Assembly (NCBI GenBank): GCA_041662125.1
Contig: JBAZTA010000001.1
Coordinates: 518,379 to 582,378, forward strand
Reading direction: 5' to 3'
Origin: Candidatus Omnitrophota bacterium
Lineage (GTDB): Bacteria > Omnitrophota > Gorgyraeia > Gygaellales > Profunditerraquicolaceae
DNA length: 64,000 nt
The notes under the pieces were generated by a model. That model was not told the origin of the DNA. It saw only the letters and a program-made list of their open reading frames with translations, and searched no databases. Numbering within the stretch: the first letter of the stretch is position 1; each line of letters opens with the position of its first letter. The translations under genes and the position numbers were made by a program. Shown here piece by piece: positions 1 through 8,784 of this stretch.

Positions 1-24
1 CAACGCAATTCCTTTTAAGCGTTG
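1..24. repeat. GC-stem hairpin (caacgc-aattcctttta-gcgttg), a member of the conserved-loop hairpin family
   Basis: 6-bp inverted repeat around an 11-nt loop AATTCCTTTTA. The loop matches the AAT(A/T)CC(A/T)(A/T)TTA loops of the other family copies. Confidence 0.5.
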
Positions 25-35
25 GGTGTAGCAGT

Positions 36-73
36 AAGTGAAACACCCGCGCAATACCTATAAGCGCGGGGTG
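36..73. repeat. Dispersed hairpin repeat (agtgaa-ACACCCGCGC-aatacctataa-GCGCGGGGTG), copy A
   Basis: 10-bp perfect GC-rich stem with an 11-nt loop. The 37-nt segment is near-identical (1 mismatch) to 7794-7830 and it lies downstream of the dnaB stop. Confidence 0.6.
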
Positions 74-177
74 CTATCGTAAAAAACAGTAAACACTTTG
101 TAACCAGAAACCTACGTTCCTAATTTTATTTAATATATCACAATCTTTTCGAAATGCAAACTATTTTCTTTGCCGGG

Positions 178-1515
178 TTATTCCCCTTGAATGATATTTT
201 CGAACTTGGTATATTCCTTGATAAACGTCAGCTTCATCGAACCCACCGGGCCGTTACGCTGCTTAGCGATTATGACCTCCGCGATGCCCTGGTTATCCGG
301 CGTCGGATTATAATATTCTTCCCTTAAAAGCAAGACCACGACATCAGCGTCTTGCTCGATAGCGCCGGATTCGCGCAAGTCGGAAAGCTGCGGCCGGTGG
401 TCCTGCCGGGATTCGACGGCGCGGGACAACTGGCTGATAGCGATAAGCGGGACATTAAGTTCTCGCGCCAGCGCTTTTAAAGAACGAGAAATCTCTGAGA
501 TCTCAGCCTGGCGGTTATCGACGCCTAATTTGCCGCGCATCAATTGCAGGTAATCCAAGACAATAAGCTGTATATTATACTGTGATTTTAAGCGCCTGGC
601 TTTGGCGCGCAACTCCATCACTGAGATAGCCGGAGTATCGTCAATAAAGATCGGAGCCTCTGATAATTTACCCGCTGCCGCGGTTAGACGCGGCCAATCA
701 GACGTAGAAAGATACCCGGTACGCACTTTATGGGCGTCTACTTTCGCGTGAGCGCAGAGCATCCTCTGGGCCAGCTGCTCCTTGGACATTTCCAGGCTAA
801 AAAACGCGATCGGAACCTTTTCCACAATACCGGCGTATTCAGCCATACATAAAGCCAAAGCGCTCTTGCCCATTGACGGCCTTCCGGCGATAATAATCAA
901 ATCAGAAGGCTGCAGACCGGCAGTCTTCATGTCGAATTCTATAAATCCCGTCGGGATACCGGTGACATGCGCTTTTTTCTGATAAAGCCTGTCAATAGTC
1001 TCAATACTGTCTTTAATGATCTCTTTAAGATGAAGGCAGGCACCCTGGGCGCGGTGGTCCCTCACTTCAAAGATCAAAGTCTCTGCGGTATCAACCAGCT
1101 CATCGACATTACCTTCGTTCTCAAAACACATTGAAACGATTTTTGTCGCGTTATTGATCAAGCCGCGCAGCGTGTTTTTCTCTTTAACGATAGAAACATA
1201 GTGGCTGATATTGGCGGCAGTGGGGACAACGTTTACTAATTCTGTCAGGAAGCTGACTCCGCCGACCGCATCCAGCAGGCCTAAACGTTTTAATTCATCG
1301 GTCAAGGTGATCAGGTCAACTGCCCTATTTTCGCCGTAGAGGTCCGATATAACACCAAATATCCTGCGGTGCGAATCTTTGTAAAATGAAGTTTTATCTA
1401 AAGCTTCAACAGCCACAGCAATGGCCTCATCATCCATCAGCATAGAGCCCAAAACTGCCATTTCAGCCTCGAGATTTTGCGGCGGGAGTTTGTCTGCAGA
1501 TAATTCTTTAGGCAT
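178..1515 (-). CDS. dnaB: Replicative DNA helicase DnaB
   Basis: 445 aa with a DnaB N-terminal domain (EAEMAVLGSML), Walker A (GRPSMGKSA) and RecA-like C-terminal domain motifs. Confidence 0.95.
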   Translation of the reverse strand: MPKELSADKLPPQNLEAEMAVLGSMLMDDEAIAVAVEALDKTSFYKDSHRRIFGVISDLYGENRAVDLITLTDELKRLGLLDAVGGVSFLTELVNVVPTAANISHYVSIVKEKNTLRGLINNATKIVSMCFENEGNVDELVDTAETLIFEVRDHRAQGACLHLKEIIKDSIETIDRLYQKKAHVTGIPTGFIEFDMKTAGLQPSDLIIIAGRPSMGKSALALCMAEYAGIVEKVPIAFFSLEMSKEQLAQRMLCAHAKVDAHKVRTGYLSTSDWPRLTAAAGKLSEAPIFIDDTPAISVMELRAKARRLKSQYNIQLIVLDYLQLMRGKLGVDNRQAEISEISRSLKALARELNVPLIAISQLSRAVESRQDHRPQLSDLRESGAIEQDADVVVLLLREEYYNPTPDNQGIAEVIIAKQRNGPVGSMKLTFIKEYTKFENIIQGE

Positions 1516-1524
1516 GTTTTTTAG

Positions 1525-1968
1525 TTACTTCTTCACGATCCAAATCTTTATTTTTGTGGAGACCTCAGGATGCAATTTAACCATTACTTCATAAATGCCT
1601 AAAGCCTTGATCGGATCATCCAAAACAATAAGATTTTTCTCAACATTAAAGCCATCGTCTTTAAGAGCACGGGAAATATCTTGCGCCGTGACATTGGCGT
1701 ATAACTTCTCCCCTTCATGGACTAAAACAGGAAGCGTTAACGATACATTTGCCAATTTTTCTTTAAGCGCCTCTGCCTCTTGCTTTAACTTTTCCTGCTG
1801 AATATTCCTGCGCTGTATTTCCTGCTGAAGTTTATTGCGATTGGCATCGGTAGAGGCAACCGCTAATCCGCGAGGGATAAGATAATTCAAAGCATACCCG
1901 TCTTTGACTTTAACGACGGCACCCGCTTTCCCCGCTCCGGGAACATCTTTTTCTAGAATGACTTCCAT
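1525..1968 (-). CDS. rplI: 50S ribosomal protein L9
   Basis: MEVILEKDVPGAGKAGAVVKVKDGYALNYLIPRGLA is an L9 signature. The start is likely the MEVIL Met, since the ORF-track ORF begins 4 codons earlier. Confidence 0.9.
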   Translation of the reverse strand: MEVILEKDVPGAGKAGAVVKVKDGYALNYLIPRGLAVASTDANRNKLQQEIQRRNIQQEKLKQEAEALKEKLANVSLTLPVLVHEGEKLYANVTAQDISRALKDDGFNVEKNLIVLDDPIKALGIYEVMVKLHPEVSTKIKIWIVKK

Positions 1969-2037
1969 TGGCTCTCTCACTGGTTTATCCTTAAGGCGAG
2001 CGTATCCTTACCGCTCAACCCGCAGGCATTCTGTCAA

Positions 2038-2271
2038 TTACGCCTTGATATACGGCATAAGCCCCAGGAAACGGGCCTTTTTAATTTCTTGGGTGATCTT
2101 GCGTTGATGCTTGGCGCAATTGCCGGTGTTACGCGTCGAAATAATCCCCCCGCGCTCCCGCGCGAATAGTTCCAGCAATTTGATATCTTTATAATCTATA
2201 CTCTTTACTCGTTCTGCGCAAAACCGGCACGATCTTTTCCTCATCGGCAAAAAAGACCCCGGCCTTTTCAT
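2038..2271 (-). CDS. rpsR: 30S ribosomal protein S18
   Basis: CRFCAERVKSIDYKDIKLLELF...GLMPY is an S18 motif. The exact start is uncertain (candidate Mets at 2295, 2271 and 2247), so a start was chosen downstream of the ssb stop. Confidence 0.85.
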   Translation of the reverse strand: MKRPGSFLPMRKRSCRFCAERVKSIDYKDIKLLELFARERGGIISTRNTGNCAKHQRKITQEIKKARFLGLMPYIKA

Positions 2272-2284
2272 GATTTTCTTAGGC

Positions 2285-2719
2285 TTAATTCTCATTTGAT
2301 TTCTCCTCACTTTCGTCTACCCATGCTGTCTCTGTAGCATGCTCCTGTCGCGGTTCTTCAGATGACTCGACTGGCGCTGCTTTTCCGGAAGGCGCTCCTA
2401 TAAATTGCACGCGTTCCACCCGCACCTCAATGACGCTGCGTTTATTCCCCGCATTATCTTCCCATGAACGGGATTGAAGCCTGCCCTCGATAAAAAGAGG
2501 GCTTCCTTTATGTAAATACTGATTGCATGTTTCTGCCTGCTTATCCCAGACAACAGCAGTAATGAAACAAACCTCTTCTTTCAACTCCTGGTTTCTATCT
2601 TTGAATTTCCGGTTCACCGCCAGGCGCAGATTCGCCACAGCCGTACCCTGAGGAGTATAGCGCAACTCCGGGTCTTTCGTCAAATTTCCCATCAACAATA
2701 CTTTATTGAAACTGGCCAT
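2285..2719 (-). CDS. ssb: Single-stranded DNA-binding protein
   Basis: OB-fold N-terminus (VLLMGNLTKDPELRYTPQGTAVANLRLAVNR) and an acidic C-terminal tail. It sits in the rpsF-ssb-rpsR context. Confidence 0.95.
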   Translation of the reverse strand: MASFNKVLLMGNLTKDPELRYTPQGTAVANLRLAVNRKFKDRNQELKEEVCFITAVVWDKQAETCNQYLHKGSPLFIEGRLQSRSWEDNAGNKRSVIEVRVERVQFIGAPSGKAAPVESSEEPRQEHATETAWVDESEEKSNEN

Positions 2720-2837
2720 AATCCTCTCCTTTAAACCAATACTATCAAACTCGCCACAGATACGCGCGTATGTATCCCTGCGTCAATATCGGCAAACGAA
2801 ACTAACGATATCAACCAGACCAACGACATTAACGATT

Positions 2838-3131
2838 TTACGCTTTGCCCAAAACTGAAACTAAAAGCCTCAGGATATTTTCATTTAATTTATATATTTC
2901 TTTTATTTTTACGATAGCACCCGGGGCAACGCTGAAATTCATCAGGTAATAGACCCCTTCCGTCGATTTCTTGATCGGGAATGTCAATTTCCTTCGTTCT
3001 CCCCAAACGGCTGCCTGCGTAATCTCACCGTTATTCTTAATAACCGCATCCTGAATTTGAGCAAAAAGGCTTTTACGTTCTTCGTCGGATAAATCAGGTT
3101 TCGTTATAAACATCGCTTCATACTTATTCAT
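2838..3131 (-). CDS. rpsF: 30S ribosomal protein S6
   Basis: MNKYEAMFITKPDLSDEE...GVYYLMNF is typical S6. It lies upstream of ssb. Confidence 0.92.
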   Translation of the reverse strand: MNKYEAMFITKPDLSDEERKSLFAQIQDAVIKNNGEITQAAVWGERRKLTFPIKKSTEGVYYLMNFSVAPGAIVKIKEIYKLNENILRLLVSVLGKA

Positions 3132-3727
3132 TCCTGCTTTCCTTTCATTTGTTTTTTTTCTTTTTTGTTAAAGACGTTCATACTTACATCTATACCATCA
3201 CGAACCCACATTTGGCAACACTCTATCGCTTTTGCCGTTACTTCATCTAACTGTTTCTTCTCTGCCCTCGAAAAAGAAGATAACACATAATCAGAAACAA
3301 CTTTTTCTGACTTGCCGGGCCTGTCAATACCAACACGAAGGCGCGCGAACTCTTGGCTTTTGAGTGAGTCAATGATCGACTTAAGGCCGCGCTGGCCGCC
3401 AGAGGAGCCGCACGCTTTGATCCTGAGCCTGCCGAACTCCAGGTCAAGGTCATCGCAGACAATCAAAAGATCAGAGAGGTTAACCCGGTACTTACGCAGA
3501 AGAGCTCCGACGGCATTGCCCGATAGGTTCATAAAGGTACCGGGGACCGCCACGACCACGAGGTGCCCCTCAATATCGGCTTTTGCGCTTAATGCCGATA
3601 CTGCGTTATCTTTTTTTAACGCAAGCTTATAGTGCTGCGCCAAACCCTTTATTATCGAAGAACCAATGTTATGCCTGGAATGAGCATACCATATACCCGG
3701 GTTACCCAACCCCACAATTAATTTCAT
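3128..3727 (-). CDS. pth: Peptidyl-tRNA hydrolase
   Basis: MKLIVGLGNPG...HNIG...GHNGLKS-like motifs in a 199-aa protein. Confidence 0.93.
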   Translation of the reverse strand: MKLIVGLGNPGIWYAHSRHNIGSSIIKGLAQHYKLALKKDNAVSALSAKADIEGHLVVVAVPGTFMNLSGNAVGALLRKYRVNLSDLLIVCDDLDLEFGRLRIKACGSSGGQRGLKSIIDSLKSQEFARLRVGIDRPGKSEKVVSDYVLSSFSRAEKKQLDEVTAKAIECCQMWVRDGIDVSMNVFNKKEKKQMKGKQE

Positions 3728-3763
3728 GATGCTCCTACGCCAACCAATCGCCGGTGCAGCTTC

Positions 3764-4456
3764 TTATGCCGGTTTTTTCTCTTTACCTTCCGCCTCTTTA
3801 CCCTCAGGCAAGACTTCCTTCTTCTCTTTAATAACTTCAGGTTCTTTCTTCTCTTCGCCCTCAACACCTTCAACAGGAACTTCTTCTTTCATCGGAGCGG
3901 CAACTGAGAGAATGATCGAATCAGGGTCATTTAAAACTTTAATATTCGCGGAGAATACCACATCTTTAATATGGATAGCCTCACCTAATTTCAAATGGCT
4001 GACATCGACTTGAATATCTTCAGGCATCTCTGTCGGCAAACACTCAATTTCAATCTCCCAAAGGATATGTTCGAGTGAACCGCCTTCAAATTTAACACCG
4101 GGAGCCTCACCTTTGACCGTGACAGGGACACTCACCTTGATAGCTTTCGTCAAAGAGATCTCATGAAAATCGACATGGATGATATCGCCTTTTACCGGAT
4201 GATGCTGAATATCCTTGATCAAACAAGGCCGGTTTTTTGCTTTCTTATCATCTTTTATCTTAAGGGTAACGACCACATTTTCCAGCCTGTGCTCGTGCAG
4301 CAGGTGCAGCAATGCCCGATAGGCAACCTTCACCGGCTGGGCTTCTTTACCTTCTCCATAAACAACCGCCGGGATAAAATTTTTGAGGCGCAAATCTTTC
4401 GCTTTAACTCTGCCTGTTTCTTCGCGTAACTCTGCTTCCAAGACTATCTCTTCCAT
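3764..4456 (-). CDS. rplY: 50S ribosomal protein L25 / general stress protein Ctc
   Basis: N-terminal L25 domain (LEAELREETGRVKAKDLRLKNFIPAVVYG) and a Glu/Lys-rich C-terminal tail. It sits in the prs-ctc-pth context. Confidence 0.9.
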   Translation of the reverse strand: MEEIVLEAELREETGRVKAKDLRLKNFIPAVVYGEGKEAQPVKVAYRALLHLLHEHRLENVVVTLKIKDDKKAKNRPCLIKDIQHHPVKGDIIHVDFHEISLTKAIKVSVPVTVKGEAPGVKFEGGSLEHILWEIEIECLPTEMPEDIQVDVSHLKLGEAIHIKDVVFSANIKVLNDPDSIILSVAAPMKEEVPVEGVEGEEKKEPEVIKEKKEVLPEGKEAEGKEKKPA

Positions 4457-4526
4457 GGCTTCCTTTTTCCTTTCATACCTTGAATTACATTACCGTGATT
4501 TCTTAAGTTTTATGCTTTTGGTTACT

Positions 4527-5465
4527 TTAATCAAATAAAGAACTAACCGATTCTTCATTATGAATCCTCTTGATGGCTTCGCCTAAAAGGCTAGCCATTG
4601 CTAAAACTTTAATCCGGGGGTGCTTTTTATGGTCAGCGAGCGGTATACTGTCGGAAATAACCAGTTCTTTAAGGTCACAACACTGCTCTATCCGCTCAAG
4701 AGCCGGGCCGGAGAGGACACCGTGGGTTATCGCCGCGCTGATCGACTTACACTTTGCTTTCTTTAACGCCTCCACAGCTTCGATCAACGAACTGCCGGTA
4801 GCTACCAGGTCATCGACAATGATCGCGTTTTTATTCTCAACCTCGCCTAAAATATGCATTACTTCCGTCTTCTCGGGAGAATCCCGCCTTTTATCGATAA
4901 TGGCTAACCCCGCGCCAAACCTTTTGGCGTATGCGCGCGCCATTTTGATACCTCCGACATCAGGAGAAACGATAACGAGGTTATTGATCTTTTCTTTTGA
5001 AAAATAATCGACAAAAACACCAACTGCAAGCAAATGGTCTACCGGGATATCAAAAAAACCCTGGATCTGGCCGGCATGCAAATCTATCGTCAAGATACGG
5101 TCAGCACCAGCCGTCGTTAACAAATTGGCAACAAGTTTTGCGGTAATAGGCACCCGCGGCTGATCTTTACGGTCCTGGCGGGCGTAGCCGAAATAGGGAA
5201 TAACCGCCGTAATGCGGTCACTGGATGCCCTCTTTAAAGCATCGATAATGATTAAAAGCTCCATCAAATTATCATTCGTCGGAGGACAGGTCGGCTGCAC
5301 GAGGAAAACATCTTTCCCCCGGACATTATCATTTATCTTGACCCGGATCTCCCCCTCGCTGAATTTTGAAACAAACGCGTCAGACAAATTAACCTTCAGG
5401 TATTTGCAAATATCTTTGGCTAAAGCCGGATGGGCATTACCGCTAAATACTGCTAATTTATCCAT
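4527..5465 (-). CDS. prs: Ribose-phosphate pyrophosphokinase (PRPP synthetase)
   Basis: Full-length similarity to PRPP synthetase, including the PRPP-binding loop DLVATGSSL and the RQDRK flexible loop. Confidence 0.95.
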   Translation of the reverse strand: MDKLAVFSGNAHPALAKDICKYLKVNLSDAFVSKFSEGEIRVKINDNVRGKDVFLVQPTCPPTNDNLMELLIIIDALKRASSDRITAVIPYFGYARQDRKDQPRVPITAKLVANLLTTAGADRILTIDLHAGQIQGFFDIPVDHLLAVGVFVDYFSKEKINNLVIVSPDVGGIKMARAYAKRFGAGLAIIDKRRDSPEKTEVMHILGEVENKNAIIVDDLVATGSSLIEAVEALKKAKCKSISAAITHGVLSGPALERIEQCCDLKELVISDSIPLADHKKHPRIKVLAMASLLGEAIKRIHNEESVSSLFD

Positions 5466-5472
5466 AATGATC

Positions 5473-6744
5473 TCACTTTTTATGTATCTGTGCTTTTGCC
5501 TTCAAGGGTTGAGCAGGGACGCCGACCACAGTCTGCCCCGCAGCCACATGATGATTCCGCCTCACTACTGATCCGGCACCTGTCTTAGCCGCTTTCCCGA
5601 TACGCACGGGAGCGATTAACACCGTATCAGAACCAATAAACGCCCCATCTTCTATAACGGTGATATTTTTATGCGTCCCGTCGTAGTTGGCGGTAACCGT
5701 GCCTGCCCCAATATTAACTGATTTTCCGATACGGCAATCGCCGATATAAGAAAAATGCTTTGCTAAAGTTTTTGACCCTAATGCAGAACGGGAAATTTCC
5801 AGGAAGTTTCCTATGACAACTTCATCGTTTAAAACCGTGCCTTCGCGCAAACGGGCGAAAGGGCCGACTTTGCAGGATTTTCCAATTTTAACATTTTTTT
5901 CAATAACTGTAAAGGGATAAATTGTAGTATCCTGCCCTATTTTTACTCCATAACTGATAAAGGCCGAGTCAGGGTCAATGATACTTACCCCGGCTTTCAT
6001 AAATTCTTCATTAATACGCTGCTGCATGATTTTTTGCGCCTTGGACAATTCTAACCGGGAATTAACCCCCATAGTTTCAAGAACATCCGGTGAATCCACG
6101 CTTTCAATCACATCCCCCTGTTTATAAAGGATCCCGATAACATCGGTCAGATAATATTCTTTTTTACGGTTGTTCGGCTTAACTCTTTTGAGGGCACTCA
6201 CCAGCTTTTTCATATCAAAACAAATAATGCCGGTATTGATTTCTTTAATTCCCTTCTGGAAATCATCAGCGTCTTTTTCCTCAACGATCCCGTAAATACT
6301 GCAATACGCGTCCCTGAGGACCCTACCATACCCAACGGGTTTTTCAATTTTAGCCGTTAACATGGTAGCCGCGGCGCCAGAATCTGCATGGCGCTTGATC
6401 AATTTCGCGATCGTCTGCTTCTGTAATAACGGAATATCGCCATAGAGGACGATGACCGAACCGCTAAAACCTTTCAAAAGCGGCAAAGCTTCTTTCACGG
6501 CATCGGCAGTGCCTAAGAGTTTTTTCTGGATCACGGTTTGAGAAGCATTACCAATAAAATCCCTGACATCATCGGCCTTAAACCCCAAAACAGTAACGGT
6601 TTTCTTTATTCTTAAACTCGCGACCAGATCCAGGACATACCCAAGCATCGGCCTGCCGCAGACCTTATGCAAAACCTTAGGCACCTCTGATTTCATCCGG
6701 GTGCCTTTACCTGCTGCCAATATTATTGCTGCGATGTTTTTCAT
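5473..6744 (-). CDS. glmU: Bifunctional UDP-N-acetylglucosamine pyrophosphorylase / glucosamine-1-phosphate N-acetyltransferase GlmU
   Basis: AIILAAGKGTRMKS nucleotidyltransferase motif plus C-terminal left-handed beta-helix hexapeptide repeats. The start is likely the MKNIAA Met. Confidence 0.93.
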   Translation of the reverse strand: MKNIAAIILAAGKGTRMKSEVPKVLHKVCGRPMLGYVLDLVASLRIKKTVTVLGFKADDVRDFIGNASQTVIQKKLLGTADAVKEALPLLKGFSGSVIVLYGDIPLLQKQTIAKLIKRHADSGAAATMLTAKIEKPVGYGRVLRDAYCSIYGIVEEKDADDFQKGIKEINTGIICFDMKKLVSALKRVKPNNRKKEYYLTDVIGILYKQGDVIESVDSPDVLETMGVNSRLELSKAQKIMQQRINEEFMKAGVSIIDPDSAFISYGVKIGQDTTIYPFTVIEKNVKIGKSCKVGPFARLREGTVLNDEVVIGNFLEISRSALGSKTLAKHFSYIGDCRIGKSVNIGAGTVTANYDGTHKNITVIEDGAFIGSDTVLIAPVRIGKAAKTGAGSVVRRNHHVAAGQTVVGVPAQPLKAKAQIHKK

Positions 6745-6774
6745 AAGTAATAGCTGTCCTGCTACGCCCTTCAA

Positions 6775-6818
6775 ACGAAAAATTCCGGTGGGGCTTCGCA
6801 GAGACAGTTCTGCTTCGC
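6775..6818. repeat. Inverted copy of the ~57-bp repeat unit (ggtggggcttcgcag ... ttctgcttcgcc)
   Basis: Contains the reverse complements of ctgcgaagccccacc and ggcgaagcagaa, the unit ends of the tandem array at 7068-7272. It flanks the GIY-YIG gene on its other side. Confidence 0.6.
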
Positions 6819-7061
6819 CTAAAGAAACCTTCGTTTTAAAAATGCAAACCCTGAACCTGATTTAAGATATTTCTCAAATTCTTCTGCGCGGGCCTTACGC
6901 TTAAACGCAATATATGTCTGTAATCCCCACGGCATATAGCGTTTTGTGTATAACGAATCCCCACTATTGTGTTCTTGTATTCTACGCTCTAAATTCTGAG
7001 TAATGCCTATATAATATCTAAGGGGATATTTCTTACTTGTTAAAATATATACAATATACAT
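6819..7061 (-). CDS. GIY-YIG nuclease family protein (YhbQ/UPF0213-like small endonuclease)
   Basis: MYIVYILTSKK..YYIGITQNLERRIQEHN is a GIY-YIG core. The first ATG lies two codons inside the ORF-track start. Confidence 0.85.
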   Translation of the reverse strand: MYIVYILTSKKYPLRYYIGITQNLERRIQEHNSGDSLYTKRYMPWGLQTYIAFKRKARAEEFEKYLKSGSGFAFLKRRFL

Positions 7062-7067
7062 ACGCAA

Positions 7068-7272
7068 TTCCTGCGTAGCCCCACCGAGGTTTTACATTTT
7101 TAACGGCGAAGCAGAATTGTTCCTGCGTAGCCCCACCGCAGCTTTACATGTTGATGGGCGAAGCAGAAAAGTTCCTGCGAAGCCCTACCATCATTTAACT
7201 TATCAATGGGCGAAGCAGAAAAGTTCCTGCGTAGCCCTACCATCATTTAACTTATCAATGGGCGAAGCAGAA
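7068..7272. repeat. Four tandem copies of a ~57-bp repeat (ttcctgcgtagccccaccg-N18-ggcgaagcagaaaag) abutting the 3' end of tRNA-Gln
   Basis: Four units were read directly. Units 3 and 4 are near-identical, and units 1 and 2 share the conserved ends but differ in the central ~18 nt. Each unit starts and ends with near-inverted segments (cctgcgtagcc / ggcgaagcagg). Confidence 0.85.
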
Positions 7273-7343
7273 CTGGGACGCATGGACTCGAACCATGATA
7301 GCGAGACCCAAATTCTCGTGTCCTACCATTGGACGACATCCCA
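7273..7343 (-). tRNA. tRNA-Gln (anticodon UUG)
   Basis: Minus-strand cloverleaf TGGGATG-TC-GTCC/AATGGTA/GGAC-A-CGAGA/ATTTGGG/TCTCG-CTAT-CATGG/TTCGAGT/CCATG-CGTCCCA-G, with U1:A72 and G73 as in bacterial tRNA-Gln. CCA is not encoded. Confidence 0.9.
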
Positions 7344-7358
7344 AAATAACATTATAAT

Positions 7359-7775
7359 CTATAAGTCAGCATCCCCGAATTCACTGGGTTTACCGGTCTT
7401 TTTCTCTGTCTCATATGCTTCCAGGACTTTCTTCTGCAGAGATTCACGGAAAGCCTGTGTTATCGGATGAGCAATATCCTTATGTTCTGACTGAGCGAAT
7501 GCACCTGCATCCGGCCCCACAGGACGGGCCGGTACGCTTAACTGCCCTCCACACTGGTTGCAAAATTTCGAACGCGCTTCATTCTTAAATCCGCATTTCG
7601 AACAGGACTGCTTAATCTTACGAGAGGGCATGGCGATAAACAATTCGCTTGTCCCCTGAATAACCTTGATATTCCTCACTACAAATACATCATCAAAAGT
7701 AACCGTAGCGTATGCCTTTAGTTTCTTGTCGGGTGACTCCCTTAAGAAGATTTTAACTTCAGTTATATCCATAGT
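7359..7775 (-). CDS. spoVG: SpoVG family protein with an inserted zinc-ribbon segment
   Basis: MDITEVKIFLRESPDKKLKAYATVTFDDVFVVRNIKVIQGTSELFIAMPSRK...DIAHPITQ matches SpoVG. A ~45-aa insertion, CSKCGFKNEARSKFCNQCGG (CxxC...CxxC), sits between the AMPSRK and DIAHPI segments. The start is at the MDIT Met. Confidence 0.85.
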   Translation of the reverse strand, partial: TMDITEVKIFLRESPDKKLKAYATVTFDDVFVVRNIKVIQGTSELFIAMPSRKIKQSCSKCGFKNEARSKFCNQCGGQLSVPARPVGPDAGAFAQSEHKDIAHPITQAFRESLQKKVLEAYETEKKTGKPSEFGDADL

Positions 7776-7793
7776 AGCACCCCTTTCACAGAA

Positions 7794-7830
7794 AGTGAAA
7801 CACCCGCGCATTACCTATAAGCGCGGGGTG
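7794..7830. repeat. Dispersed hairpin repeat, copy B (agtgaa-ACACCCGCGC-attacctataa-GCGCGGGGTG)
   Basis: 36 of 37 nt identical to 36-73. It lies in the spoVG leader, downstream of ispE. Confidence 0.6.
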
Positions 7831-7834
7831 GCCC

Positions 7835-8758
7835 TTAAATCGTCCTTGTTACCGCCACACGTAAAAACTGATTTTCTCTCTTAAGCTGGCGAGAAAATAT
7901 TCGAGCTTCTTTTTGAGAAGGAACAAGAGCAAAAACCGACGGCCCGCTTCCAGACATTAAACTGGGCCGTAACCCTAAAAAAGCAAATCTTTTTTTCAGA
8001 AGGCTTACTTCAGGATAGACTTTTACCGTAACAAATTCTAAGCTGTTAAAGAGAGCTTTTCCAATCAAAGCAACGTCTTTTTTCTTTAATAATGAACACA
8101 ATATTGTAACATTTTGTTTAGGGATTGTCAACCTCAGCGGGCGCCCAAAATACTGATCCCATTTCTTATAAATAAGCGGCGTAGAAACATGCAAAGGCAG
8201 GACAGCCAAAACATGCCACAAACCCGTAGCTTTAAGCGAATGGACCGGTTTAATCTTTTCTCCGCGGCCGCTTCCTAAAGCAAAAGGGGAATCATACATA
8301 AAAAAAGGCACATCACTGCCGATATTTTTGGCTATAGCAACTAATTTATTTCGCGTAAGCCCAAGTTTCCAAAGGTGATTCAGCCCTAAAAGAACCCCGG
8401 CGGCATCACTTGACCCTCCGCCCATCCCGGCGCCTACAGGAATACGCTTGGTAATCTTTATCATAACCCCTTTATTGATATTCAAGCTCTCCTGCAAAAA
8501 TTGAGCGCTCTTATACGCCAGGTTTGAACTATCCTTAGGGATACCCGGATGATTTGATTTAATTTCTATTCTTTTGCCCGGCAAAGAAGATAAAATAAGA
8601 GTATCATGCAGGTCAATCCGCTCAAAAAGAGTCTTTATCTCGTGGTAATTATCAGGTCGTTTCTTAATAACCTCAAGAAAAAGGTTAAGTTTCGCGTAAC
8701 AACTGACCTCCACGCCTCTGGAACCAAGCAGTTTCAGCGCTGAATGTAATTGACCCAT
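7835..8758 (-). CDS. ispE: 4-diphosphocytidyl-2-C-methyl-D-erythritol kinase
   Basis: GHMP kinase motif PVGAGMGGGSSDAAGVL and an N-terminal AKLNLFLEV. It is adjacent to spoVG as in Bacillus. Confidence 0.9.
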   Translation of the reverse strand: MGQLHSALKLLGSRGVEVSCYAKLNLFLEVIKKRPDNYHEIKTLFERIDLHDTLILSSLPGKRIEIKSNHPGIPKDSSNLAYKSAQFLQESLNINKGVMIKITKRIPVGAGMGGGSSDAAGVLLGLNHLWKLGLTRNKLVAIAKNIGSDVPFFMYDSPFALGSGRGEKIKPVHSLKATGLWHVLAVLPLHVSTPLIYKKWDQYFGRPLRLTIPKQNVTILCSLLKKKDVALIGKALFNSLEFVTVKVYPEVSLLKKRFAFLGLRPSLMSGSGPSVFALVPSQKEARIFSRQLKRENQFLRVAVTRTI

Positions 8759-8784
8759 GGACGTATGATTATATTTAGATTATA

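Noticed and set aside
7068-7272. Possible mini CRISPR array (repeats with a variable ~18-nt centre)
   Set aside because: Only four units are present. The variable centres are shared between units (1≈2, 3≈4) rather than unique, the units abut directly without separate spacers, and there are no cas genes nearby. It is better explained as a tandem duplication.
7117-7470. 117-aa plus-strand ORF from the six-frame track
   Set aside because: It spans the tandem 57-bp repeats and the tRNA-Gln gene and reads antisense into spoVG. It has no RBS, and its length is an artefact of the low-complexity repeats.
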